Part shown: positions 1 to 11,944 of the stretch, piece after piece
Numbering within the stretch: the first letter of the stretch is position 1
How the letters are laid out: each line of letters starts with the position of its first letter
Notes under the pieces: model-generated
The model's input: only the letters and a program-made list of their open reading frames with translations
Databases searched by the model: none
What the model was told of the DNA's origin: nothing
Translations under genes and position numbers: made by a program
Assembly (NCBI GenBank): GCA_951406725.2
Contig: OX597823.1
Span: 23,312,001-23,376,000 of the forward strand
From: Octopus vulgaris
Lineage: Eukaryota
DNA length: 64,000 nucleotides
Direction of reading: 5' to 3'

Positions 1-1139
1 ACCATTTTTTTTTTTTTTTTACCTGACTAGAGTATGTAAAGGACTGCATTAGCCAATGTGTCCGTGCTTCTTTAAGACAATGCATGTGATTTGAGGAGGA
101 TTTAGCTATTATTTCTAGCAAGTTGTATGATCCCCTAGTAATTTCCTCATCGGTTAGCATATATTTATTTACAGACGGTGCCTCTGTATTTTGAAAAATT
201 ATGTGTTGGTCTAATTTATGACATCTGCTAAATTAAAAGGAACAAATTATTATTGTTGCTATTATTACTATTGAGCTGGCAGAATCATTAGCACATCAGA
301 CAAAATGCTTCACAGAATTTCTTCTGGCTTTATGTTCTAAGTTCAAACTCTGCCAAGGTAGATTTTTGCCTTATAATCCCTTTTGGGGTTGATAAAATTA
401 GTACCACTTGAGCTCTGGAGTCAATTTAATTGACTAGACCCCCCCATATTGTAGAAAGGATTACTACTACTACTACTACTACTATTATTAAGGCAACTAG
501 CTGGCAGAATCATTAGCTGCAAAGCATTTTGTCCATCTGCATGTTCCGAGTTCAAATCCTGCTGAGGTTGATTTTGCCTTTCATCCTTTCGGGGTCAATA
601 AACACTGAAGTCAGTGTAATCAATTAATCCCCTCCCCTAAAATTTCAGGCCTTGTGCCTAAAGTAGAAAGCATTATTATTATTATTATTATTAAGATAAT
701 GAAATAACAGAGCTAATGGAGTGCTAGAGTAAATATTTAGCAGTATTTTGGTACATCCATTATTGTTTCATATTCAAATTATCCTTTTCTTTAGTAGTCA
801 ATAAAACAAGTATTGGCTGTATGCTGGTATTGATTTTATTAACTGTTCTTTACTTTTCTGGAAATTTGTAGATTTTAAGAAATCTAATTCTTGCTAATGA
901 AACAACCTCTACATAGTTGATCAACTTGTTAGAAGTAGTTGCCAAATTCTTTCAAATCTCACACAGCCATCTTAAAAAAGGTAGGATACATTAAATAAGA
1001 AATTCTAGATATACAAAACGACTGGATGGACATGGCTGGAATGCATTTTATCATAGTTCTATTCAATCAAGGCTGTCCCGAGGTTAAAACGAGAAGGAAA
1101 TTATTGTTATTAATGTTATTGTTTAATGTCTTTTTGTAG

Positions 1140-1288
1140 GGTGACTGGTATAAGACTAAAGAAATTATTCTGAAAGGACATGAATGGATCCTGAAAGAAA
1201 CTGTCACGTCTGGCTTAAGAGGCCGTGGTGGAGCTGGTTTCCCAACTGGAATGAAATGGGGTTTCATGAATAAACCATCAGATGGGAG
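1140..1288 (+). CDS. NDUFV1: NDUFV1 coding exon (first in window; upstream exons outside window)
   Basis: tgtag|...|gtaag; encodes [49 protein letters not shown](R), containing the [17 protein letters not shown]-site motif; phase 0-2. Confidence 0.97.
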
Positions 1289-2799
1289 GTAAGACATTTT
1301 ATTTTTTCAGCTGTCCTTTTTTTTTTTATTTCCAAATTTCATTTGCAGGTGTTATTTCTTCAAAGGCATGTGAAATAAGAAGCAAGAGCACTCAGTTGTA
1401 AAACAAATCTGCAATAATATATTAAACTAAAACTAACCCATGCTAACATGGAAAAATGGAGGTAAAGTATATCAATGTAAAACTGTACATTTTTTTTTTT
1501 GACAGGAAAATGACTATGTCATTGCTAGTAACTGAATGATTTTCAAAGAAGTGAAAAGGTAAACAACATACAGGCGCACACATTGTTGTCATCATGTGTC
1601 ACATGTTTTTACAACATGTTGATGAAAGTCTTCTTAATTAAGCACAAGTTCTCCCATCAGATGAAGCCATAGCATTACTTTCATCTGGCTTTCTCATAGT
1701 GTTTTCTTGATAGAGATATTGGGGTTGGTTTGCCATTGTCTTCCTCAGCTGGATGACTGTTTGCCCACAGGGAGCTCATCCACCTTTCAGCAAATTATGT
1801 TTTTAGTCCTGTTGGGTTTATCCAGGCGGCCTCTTCACAAAAGTAGCAAACTGCCCAAGTGGGGGAGCTGGTTTAGTTGCCAACCACCCAACCATGAAAC
1901 AGGTAGCACTGGTTTACATAGTAACAGTAGCAGGCTTCATCAGCCTGTGATGAGATCCCTTACCTGACTATATACATACACAATCCATTTACAAATACAC
2001 ACACATGACCAGCTTCTCTCAGGTTCAGTCTACCAAATCCAATCTCTAGGCTTTGTAAGATAAAAGATGACATCTGCCATGTAGTAGAACTGAACCTCAT
2101 ACCGGTGATTGAGAAGAAATTTCTTAACCACACAGCCATGCTTGCACTTAACATATATATATGTCCAACCCATGCTAGCATGGAAAACGGACGCTAAACG
2201 ACGATGATGATGATGATGATGATACATATATATATATATATATGTATAGAGAGAGAGAGCACACACATACACACACACACAAAAGGACTCAGCATAGCTT
2301 CCATCCACTAAATTCCAAATTACTTTCACAAGGCACTGATCAACTTGAAGTTAGGAAAGAAGACATGTGACCAAGGCGCTGTGCGTTAGGCACAACATAT
2401 ATTTGCATGAAAAGCTGTCATCTTTTATCTTACAAAGCCTAGTGATTGGATTTGGTAGACTGAACCTGAGAGAAGCCTGTCATGTGTGTGTATTTGTATA
2501 TTACTATATTCGAACTTGCACCATTTCATCTGTAGGGAGTCAGTGTTCTCAGATCTGATCAATCAACTCTCTCCCAATTGTTTCTTGGTCCAGTTTTCTC
2601 AAACACCTTCCATTCTTTAACTCAGAGTACTTTTTCATCTAGCATTTATCATTTTTCCTGTTTTAGTTACATGTCTATAACAGCACAAACATCTCTTCTT
2701 GTATAGGTTATTTAGCTATTTTGTAAACTCACTGATATTCGAAGTGTCCATTCTTTAACATACAGTAACAGCATGATGTTTTGTTTGCTTTCATTACAG

Positions 2800-2933
2800 A
2801 CCTAAATATCTTGTGGTTAATGCAGATGAAGGTGAGCCAGGAACCTGTAAAGACAGAGAAATCATCCGATGTGACCCTCATAAACTTATTGAAGGATGCT
2901 TGGTAGCTGGTCGAGCCATGGGTGCAAGAGCAG
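2800..2933 (+). CDS. NDUFV1: NDUFV1 coding exon
   Basis: tacag|...|gttgg; [44 protein letters not shown]; phase 2-1 matches neighbours. Confidence 0.97.
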
Positions 2934-3229
2934 GTTGGTTATTATTTTCAGAAATTACTATGTTTATTGATGTAAGATATTATCATTGTTGTTTTATAAG
3001 GTGGTGGCTATCAAAATCGGTTATTACATCTGCATTCAAATCATGGTCAATTTCACTTTCGAGGGACAGCAAATTATAAATTGAAGAGGGCATTATGATC
3101 AGGATGTTTGGTAATTACCATGTTTTGGGAAAGAATATAGTTTGGTGAGAGCAATTAGTGTTTTAATTGTGTGCCTTGGGTTCATAAGAAGTATTGTTTT
3201 AGAAAATGTACTTTTGGTATGTGAAAAAG

Positions 3230-3900
3230 ATTGCTTTGGAGTTATAAAGCATTTTTCAAAGAATATGAGCAGTTCCCATGAGTACTGTTTCCTGGATTTC
3301 TTCCATTTTTGAATTCCCTGGGATTTGAGATAGGTAATAAGTAGCTCCTTTGCTATTATTCCTAGGGCACCTACAATTGTAAATATTGTTTTAGTCCTGA
3401 GTTTCAACATTTTGCCAATTTCTATTTCAAGATCTTTGTACTTGCTCAACTTTTGATAGATCTTGACAGATACAGTTATATCAATCAGGACAGTCATATC
3501 GATGAAGAGCTATGATTTTCATCTGAAACCCTTCCACATGACAGCTGGCCTATTTGCATCTATCTTTCTGTCAGCTTGAACTGAAAAGTTCCATAGGAGT
3601 GAGATTTGATCTTTTTCAGCACTGAAGGTTGTTTGTGTTCCCACCTGTTTTTATGATCGGATAGGTCCAGGACCCTGAAAATTATTTAGTATATATACTG
3701 TGCAACTCTATCACGCCTGTTTAGATACTCTGAGGGTACAAGAAGGCTACACATGGAGACAATATGACTGATGATTTCAAGCTGTTTTTTACACACTTGA
3801 CATGTTGGGCTGCTACCATTCTTTAAGATGGCTTGACAGCTTCTTGCAGGTAGACATTGATCCTAGGCTGCTATGATAAACCCTTCTGTTTCTGATTGAC
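3230..3900 (-). mobile_element. decayed non-LTR retrotransposon 3' part with REL endonuclease (R4/Dong/CRE-like)
   Basis: minus-strand CCHC knuckle (CQVCKKQLEIISHIVSMC) then LIDITV...KLSKYKDLEIEI...IVGALGII. Confidence 0.75.
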
Positions 3901-4029
3901 TACTCTCCCTCCCCTTAAAACTGTTAGCCTTGTGCCTAAATAAGAAACTATTATTATTATCATCTACAATTTCTTTGCTCTAAAGAATTACTGTATAGTT
4001 AATCAAGAATTTTCCTTGTTATCTTTTAG

Positions 4030-4094
4030 CCTACATCTATATTCGTGGAGAATTTTATAACGAAGCTTCTAACTTGCAGATTGCCATTAATGAA
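4030..4094 (+). CDS. NDUFV1: NDUFV1 coding exon
   Basis: tttag|...|gtaagt; (A)YIYIRGEFYNEASNLQIAINE; phase 1-0. Confidence 0.97.
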
Positions 4095-5211
4095 GTAAGT
4101 CAAGTTCTCTCTCTCCCTCCCTCTCTCCTCCTCCACTCTCCTCTATCTCTCTCCTCCTCCTACACTTCTCTCTCCCTCCTCCCTCTCTCCTCCACCTCCT
4201 CAATTCCTCTCTCTCTCCTCCACCTCTCTCCACTTCCTTTCTGTCTCTCTCTCTCTCACTTTCTCTCTTAGTTGACTGAAGATTCTCACAACTACCATTT
4301 GTTATGAAAGAGATTATCTTCATTAGATGTGTAACTATTAAGATTTGTGGCTGAGTGGTGCCTCTTTCTTAGAGAATAACAGTTGCATTTCTTGAGTTGC
4401 ATTGTCAGATTCTCATTTATATGGTAAAGAATACTGATATACAGTAGGGTGGTGGTGGTTGGTGCTATTCTTGGCTGTTAGCAAGATTTCAACCATTCCA
4501 TAGTCATATTGGACTTAGTCAAATTACCAGTCAGTTTGATAACTCTCAAGTAATAGCGTACAGATTTATATTGACTTCGCATGTTACCTTGATCAGTGAC
4601 ACTAGAGAGGCCCAAGATGGCTACACTTTGGTATTATATCTTTGGGGATTGATCACATAAAGTACCAGTCAAGTACTGCAGTTGATAGTATCGACTAACT
4701 ACTGCCCCTCAAAATTGCTGGACAAAATCAGAAACAGTTGTTATTATAAGGGTGATGAAAGCAGTGAGCTAGTAGTATCGTTAGCACACTGGTCGAAATG
4801 CTTCACAGTATTTCACCTGTTGCTCCATTCTGAGTTCAAAGTCCACCAAGGCACTGGGGAAAACTTGTGTTGGCCATATTGTGGTTCTAGAGAGACCTGA
4901 GCTAGCAACATTGTTTTTCTAGGAAAATCTGAGCTGACTATATAATGTTATCAGAAACCTGAGTTGATTATATTGTGGTATTGGGAAGTTTCAGAGTGAC
5001 TTTAGCACAGAAGTTTTAAAATGTGAGCATTTCTATTGTCATAATAATGAATTGTATTGATGGTAGGCATATAGTCATTGATGAAAATTAGTAAAAGAGC
5101 TTGGGAGATAATATATCACTAGAGGGCACTATGATTAATGAAAAGAAAGGACCGAGAGATGGTGGTAATAATCCTGATGACAGTCACTGTTATAAATGTT
5201 TGTCTTTTCAG

Positions 5212-5316
5212 GCCTATGCTGCTGGGTTAATTGGTAAGAATGCTTGTGATTCTGGTTATGATTTTGATGTATTCGTGCACCGGGGTGCTGGAGCCTATAT
5301 ATGTGGTGAAGAAACA
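5212..5316 (+). CDS. NDUFV1: NDUFV1 coding exon
   Basis: ttcag|...|gtaagt; [35 protein letters not shown] ([11 protein letters not shown] signature); phase 0-0. Confidence 0.97.
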
Positions 5317-5423
5317 GTAAGTAAATTTTCATTCCTGGATATTTTATTGTTTTTGTTTAAAGGGCAAAGCTAACCTTTGTGTGAAGATGGCAGGGTTTAC
5401 TAGATGAAAGTGGACTTGGTTTA

Positions 5424-5651
5424 TTAACCCTTTAGCATTTAAACCAACCGTATCCAGCCCAAATATTCTACCTATTTTATGGTGTAACTGGTCAAATATG
5501 GCCTCTCACACCTGCCTGATAGTGTCAATTTAAAAATAAACAATCACATCATTGCAGTTTCAAAGCTGTGAGATAATGCATGATTAAATCCAAACTATGT
5601 GATTAAATAAGTATAATGTTTGACAGAGTAATCTAAATGCTAAAGGTTTAA
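5424..5651. mobile_element. piggyBac-like MITE
   Basis: TTAA-CCCTTTAGCATTTA ... TAAATGCTAAAGGT-TTAA terminal inverted repeats with TTAA ends. Confidence 0.75.
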
Positions 5652-7316
5652 TGCTATTGCTTTTATTTTCCCTTGAGGGATAGAAAATAATCCGAGCCCT
5701 TAATTTGTTGCTTAAAGAAGCCTGTTAAACACTAGTATCAGTCAAATTAATCCCAGTGTTTTAGTGGTATTTTGTTTTATTGAAAACTAGAAGGATGAAA
5801 GGCTGATAAAGGTAATATCTGGCACATGTACTAGGGTTGATTATATCATCTGTATATCTTTCCTTGCAGATTTGTAGCAATGTTAGAAATCATCATGGGT
5901 CATCACTGTCTGATTCAGTTCTTATTTGGAGTTATTGTCCTTATAGAAGAGTCATAAGACCACATCTCACTCATATGGTTTCTAAAGCTGGATACTCTTC
6001 TTAACACTTACCACACTACAGTTTCTATTCAGTATATTTTAGCATGGCACCAGCACCAGAGAGGTTGTCATGTCCTTTAGTAGTATTTAAGAATCCTTTC
6101 AACCCTGTCATGTCTCTATTTGTTTGATGTTATCATAAACAATGTTGTGAAAGCAGCAAGCTGGCAGAATCACTAGCATTTCTCCCAATTTACAGTCTGA
6201 ATTCAAATGCTGTCAAGGTCAGCTTTGCTTTTCATCCTTTTGGAGTCAATAAAATAAGTACCAGTTGAGTGTTGGAGTTGTTGTAATTGACTTACCTGCT
6301 CCCCCAGACTTGCTGGCCTCGTGCCAAAATTTGAAACCAATATTATTACTATTATTACAACAAGGGTTGTGGGTTGGCAGAATTATTAAAACATTGGAAA
6401 AATGCCTTGTGGTATTTGCTTTCTATCCTTTATATTCTGAGTTCAAATTTCATTGCAGTCATCTTTGTCTTATACCTTTTGGGATAAAGTACCAGTCAAA
6501 TACTGCAGTTGATAGTATTGACTAACCACTGCCCCTCAGAACTGCTGGACAAAATCAGAAACAGTTGTTATAAGGGTGATGAAAGCAGTGAGCTGGTAGT
6601 ATCGTTGGTACACTGGATGAAATACTTCTCGGTATTTCACCTGTTGCTCCATTCTGAGTTCAAAGTCCACCAAGGTCGACTTTGCCTTTCATCCTTTCGG
6701 GGGTTGATAAATTAAGTACCAGTTGCATACTGGGGTTGATCTAATCGACAGCCCCCCCTCCTCTGTCCCAAATTTCAGTCCTTATACCTATAGAAGAAAG
6801 AATTATAAGGCTGATGGATTGACAAGATTATGAGAGCATTAAAAAAGTGTCTTATGTTATTTCATCTCATCCTCTACATTCTGAATTGAAATCTCAGTAA
6901 ACTCAGCTTTGTTTTTCATTCTTCAGGGTTAATAAAATGAAGTACCAGGCAGATACTTGAGTCAGTGTAATTATTTAACCCTCTTCCCTCAAAATTACTT
7001 ATGTCTAATTTAGAAACCTTATTAAGACAGGGGTGGATTATCAGAATTGGTATAACAGTGGACTAAATGCCTTATGGTATTTTAATTACACACATCCCGA
7101 GTCCAAATTGCACTGATGTTGACTTCACTTGTCCCCAATTTTGTTTAAATAAAATAAGTAATAATCAAATACTGCAGTTAATTAAAGTGATTGTACCACT
7201 CCTCCTAAAATACAGACTTAAAAATTATTATTTTTTTTAATTACTATTTTTTTGCCATCATATATGTATATAGTGTTTCTTCCATCTTACTGAGTCTTAT
7301 ATTTTTATACTTGTAG

Positions 7317-7466
<150 letters not shown>

Positions 7467-8640
7467 TAGTTGCGGGATGATTTCTTATATTTAATGTCTG
7501 AGTGCAGGCATGACTGTGATTAAAAATTTTACTGTGCAACTATATTGTTTTAGGTTTAGTCATGCAACATAGCACCTTAGGTAAGTGTCTCTACCATATC
7601 CTTAAAACAACCCATACTTTGTGAGAAAATTTGGTGGATAGAAAACTAAGGTGGAAACCTCTTGGAAAGATAGTTACTTAATCAACTGACCTCACTTAGC
7701 TCTTGTGGTTACCTTTAGTGGAGTCGGCCCTGTTGCAAGCTTTCAGGCCATATCTCTAGTTTGAGGATAACTTCCTCCTGAAGCATATCATAGGTTCTCT
7801 CTTTCCTTGTGGAATCACAGCATGGTTAACAGAAAGTAGTCTTTGTGTGCAGTGGATGTGCAGGTACAATGAACACTAAGGATATGCAGGAAATAGATTT
7901 CCTCAAACGTTTAAGGGGATCCTTGGAGGTAGTGGACGGTTTTTGTTACCTAGATAACCAAATTAGCAGCAATGGAGGTTGCTCAGAAACCATAGTAGTT
8001 AGAACAGGAACCAGCTGGGAAAAGTTCAGGGAGATATTACTTTTGTTGTTCACAAAAGGCCTCTCTCTTCTGAGTGGAATTGGGAGACAGAAACTAATGT
8101 GTGTGATTGTTGTTTCATATGTTCCCATTAACAATATCTGGATGAAAATGGTGTCTTTGTTTACAACCTTCAAAAAGCAAAAAATTTCTCAATTTTAGCT
8201 TTTGATATGTGAGAGCCAGGAGAATGAAAATATCTTACTTTGAAAACAAGTATGGTTTGGTGACAGGATACTTCACATTGGAATCAAACTTATAACTTCA
8301 TGGTTATGAAGCAAACTTCTTAATCACTCAGCATGCCTGTACCACGATTGAATTCATTTTATGAACTGGCTGTTCAACATGGCTGGTTCAGGAAAGCTAT
8401 TTTTGCCTTCATTTTGTAACTTAGATGTATTTTCTATTCCTGATAATTTATGATATTCTATTGCAGTGCTCTGCAATCTTTTTCCACTTTTATAGTTTTT
8501 TCAAAATTCGGCAGCACAGCTGAACTAAAAATATAACTGAAAGTGTAGGGAAAAAAATTATGTTCAGGTTACACAGCAACAGATCTAGCATCGTGTTGTG
8601 GTACACCAGTGTGCCTCAGCATACTGGTTAAGGAGCACTG

Positions 8641-8820
8641 TTCTATTGCAAGCAATTGGTGGTATTTTATACTATTAGCATATTGCCATGGGGAATTTGA
8701 GGTGTTTTATATTGTTTCTGTACTGTTTCAGGCAATTTGTGGTATCTTATGTTGTTGCTATGTTATTTCAGAGAATTTGTGATGTCTTATGTTGTTGATA
8801 TTCCATTGCAGGCAATTTGC
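8641..8820 (+). repeat. degenerate 40-bp tandem repeat (~4.5 units) ending on the exon 8812 acceptor
   Basis: units start at 8641, 8681, 8721, 8761, 8801; shared pattern ~TTNCAGGCAATTTGTGGTRTYTTATRTTGTTG. Confidence 0.75.
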
Positions 8821-8877
8821 AGGCGAGGTGGAGAATGGTTTGCTTCATTTGGTCGAGAGAGAAATCGTGGCACAAAG
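8812..8877 (+). CDS. NDUFV1: NDUFV1 coding exon
   Basis: tgcag|...|gtaatt; AICRRGGEWFASFGRERNRGTK; phase 0-0. Confidence 0.96.
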
Positions 8878-8959
8878 GTAATTTTTCTTTTATTCCTGTC
8901 ATATTGTGATTGTATGAGGTCAGGTTCAAACTTTTTTTATTTGTTAATTTATTTAAAAT

Positions 8960-9238
8960 TGAATTTTTTTGAAATGACTTTAGCAGATGATAGTACTATT
9001 AGTTTCCTTGGAAACTGTTCGATGGTCAATGCGGTGGACAACATAATACAAGGGACATAACTCTGCTTATTCCACTTCGCCTGCTTGAACGATTCATCAT
9101 CATTATCATCGTTTAACGTCCTTCTTTTATGCCAACACGAAAGGAGAATGTATTATGTTGCACACCGCATTAACAGTCGACCAGTTTCCAAGGAAACTAA
9201 TAGTAATATCATCTGCTGAAGTCACTTCAAAAAATTCA
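8960..9238. repeat. ~90-bp inverted repeat / fold-back element
   Basis: 8960-9050 is the reverse complement of 9149-9238 with few mismatches; ~100-nt spacer. Confidence 0.9.
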
Positions 9239-10734
9239 CAAAATGGAATAAGTTTTTGTGATGTAAATAGAGAGCAAAGAATTTATTGTCCATACAAAAA
9301 TAGTCATCTCTTATTAGCTGATGCCTTATATGCTTAACAATCCTCTTACCTGCCTTACATTCTACTTTCTCTCTTCATGGCACACAAACTTATTTATGCC
9401 ATAAGATTTATATCTTTTTAGACTGTTAACTGCACTGTTACAAATAAAGAGATTTCAATATATTAAATGAAAATTCCATCTTTATAGATGAGGCTAAAAG
9501 TCCACCAAAATTATAATCTCGTAATAATTTCATTTAGAGATTTATTCCATTATGTGAAATATATCGGAGAGACAGCAGGTTATGAGAAACACCAACTTAT
9601 TTTAGGGTGTATAAAAATAGGTTTCATCTGTCATCTATATAAGAGGCATCAGATATGTGCAAAAAAAGACTGTGCCATGATCATATGATGTGTATATGGA
9701 GAGCTGCATAAAGTGGTGCTGATCTCCAATTATGGAGGGAACCTGTGAGATGAAGTGATGAGAAAGGATCTGCAGATGTTGACCTCATTGAGGAAATGAC
9801 AAGGGACTGAGACTTCTGGTGATTTGTTGTATTTGAGAAGACCCGTCAAGCTAAGTAAAATCATGGCCATCCATACAATCATGTATGTCCTTTATGGCCA
9901 TGCCTCCATTCTCTCTCTGATGTCTTTGTCTTGCAGGTACTGGTGTCACATAAAATGCACCTGTGCCAGTTCCAAATTAAATGCACTTATGCTGGTGTCA
10001 CATAAAAACACCTGTGCTGGTAGCACATAAAAAAGCGCCCAGCACACTGTGTAAAGTGGTTCGTGTTAGGAAGTGTATCCAGTTACAGAAATCATGCCAA
10101 ACAGACAACTGGAGCTTGGACTGCTCTCCAGCTGGCCAGCTCTTGTCAAACTGTCCAATCCATAATAGCATGGGAAACAGATGTTAAATGATGATGATGA
10201 TGGTAATGTTGGTCTACATTTGCTGTTGTAAATGAACTGTTTTTGCAGAAACTTATACAGTTTTGGGGATACATATTTGAAATAATTACAGCATTTTACT
10301 ACTTGCTTGTTAATTTCAGTTTTATTCAAGTGTTTTTATTTTCCTTTTCCATCTCTTCTGTTGAAGATTTGATTATACATACATATTGTGTGTGTGTGTA
10401 CAAGTGAGTGAACAAACATACTGATATAACACTCAACACAACACATATAGCTGGAGTTGTATTTGTATTGCGTAACAGGTTAACTTAGCTTCTTTCAGGG
10501 ACTGATCATGCTTTTTCTTTCATGTCCACAAAACCTTAAGTAACATGAGTAGCTAAGTCAATGTATCATATATATGTGTGTGTATGTGTGACAAGAATAC
10601 CCATCAAACTGAGCAAAATTGCAATTGTGTCAGATACCAGTGTCATACAAATTGACACCCATGTTGGTGGCACATAAAAGCACCCTGGTGTCACACAAAT
10701 GGCACCCATGCCAGTGGCACATAAAAGCACCCAT

Positions 10735-10945
10735 TACACTCTTGGAGTGATTGGCGTTAGGAAGGGCGTTTAGCCATAGAAAAACCATGCCAAATCAGAC
10801 TGGAGTTTGATGCAGCCTTCTAGAGTGCCAGCTCAGTAAAACCATCTAACCCATGCCAGCATGGATAACGGACGTTTGCCAATCCTCAGTCAAATCGTCC
10901 AACACATGCTAGCATGGAAAGCGGACATTAAACGATGATGATGAT
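10735..10945 (+). mobile_element. SINE-like retroelement with (GAT)n tail
   Basis: GGCGTTAGGAAGGGC...CATGCTAGCATGGAAAGCGGAC.TTAAACGATGATGATG; further copies at ~11420-11570(+), 11577-11740(-), 18215-18400(-), 42440-42630(+), 48165-48350(-). Confidence 0.8.
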
Positions 10946-11012
10946 AGAGAGAGAAAGAAAGACAGATACATACACATACATTATATATACATTATTTGTA
11001 TCTGGTTTTCAG

Positions 11013-11179
11013 CTGTTCAATATTTCTGGACATGTTAATAACCCCTGTACAGTGGAAGAGGAAATGTCAGTGCCATTAAAAGACCTAATTGAGCGACATG
11101 CTGGTGGTGTTATTGGTGGTTGGGACAACCTACTCGCAATTATTCCAGGTGGTTCCTCTACACCTCTTCTGACCAAAAA
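11013..11179 (+). CDS. NDUFV1: NDUFV1 coding exon
   Basis: ttcag|...|gtaagt; [55 protein letters not shown] (SLBB region); phase 0-2. Confidence 0.97.
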
Positions 11180-11895
11180 GTAAGTCTTTCATTTATATTT
11201 TTTGTTCTTATAAATATACCTTCATGATCAAATTACACCTGTTTTCCCATACTACCTTTGGTTGGACAGGGCTCACAGCGTCCTGCTACACATTGTGCCT
11301 TTTTGCCATCTGAATTGTACAGCAATAGAAAAAACTAGTCAGATGCTTGTCCTATCACCAAACACTTTGTATATATTATATAACTAGTTGGAACTTCGAA
11401 CTCACTGTCAACAAGGCACCCACTATGTTCTTGGAGCGGTTTGTGTTAGGAAGGGCATCCAGCTGTAGAAACCAAGCCCAATAAGACTGGCGCCCATACA
11501 GCTCTCTGGTTTACCAATTCCAGTCAAACTGGCTAACCTATTCCAGCATGGAAAGTGGATGTTAAATGATATATATCATCATCATCATCATTTAACGTCC
11601 GCTTTCCATGCTAGCATGGGTTGGACGATTTGACTGAGGACTGGCGAACCAGATGGCTACGCCAGGCTCCAATCTGATTTGGCAGAGTTTCTGTAGCTGG
11701 ATGCCCTTCCTAACGCTAACCACTCCGAGAGTGTAGTGAGTGCCAGTCATGGAATTTGGTTCAATTTCGATTTCACTTGCCCCAACAGGTCTTCGCAAGC
11801 AGAGTTTAGTGTCCAATGAAGGGAGGTTGGCATGGGTGCCGGTCATCGAATTTGGTTCGATTTCAAATTCAATATATATATACACACACTCACAC

Positions 11896-11944
<49 letters not shown>

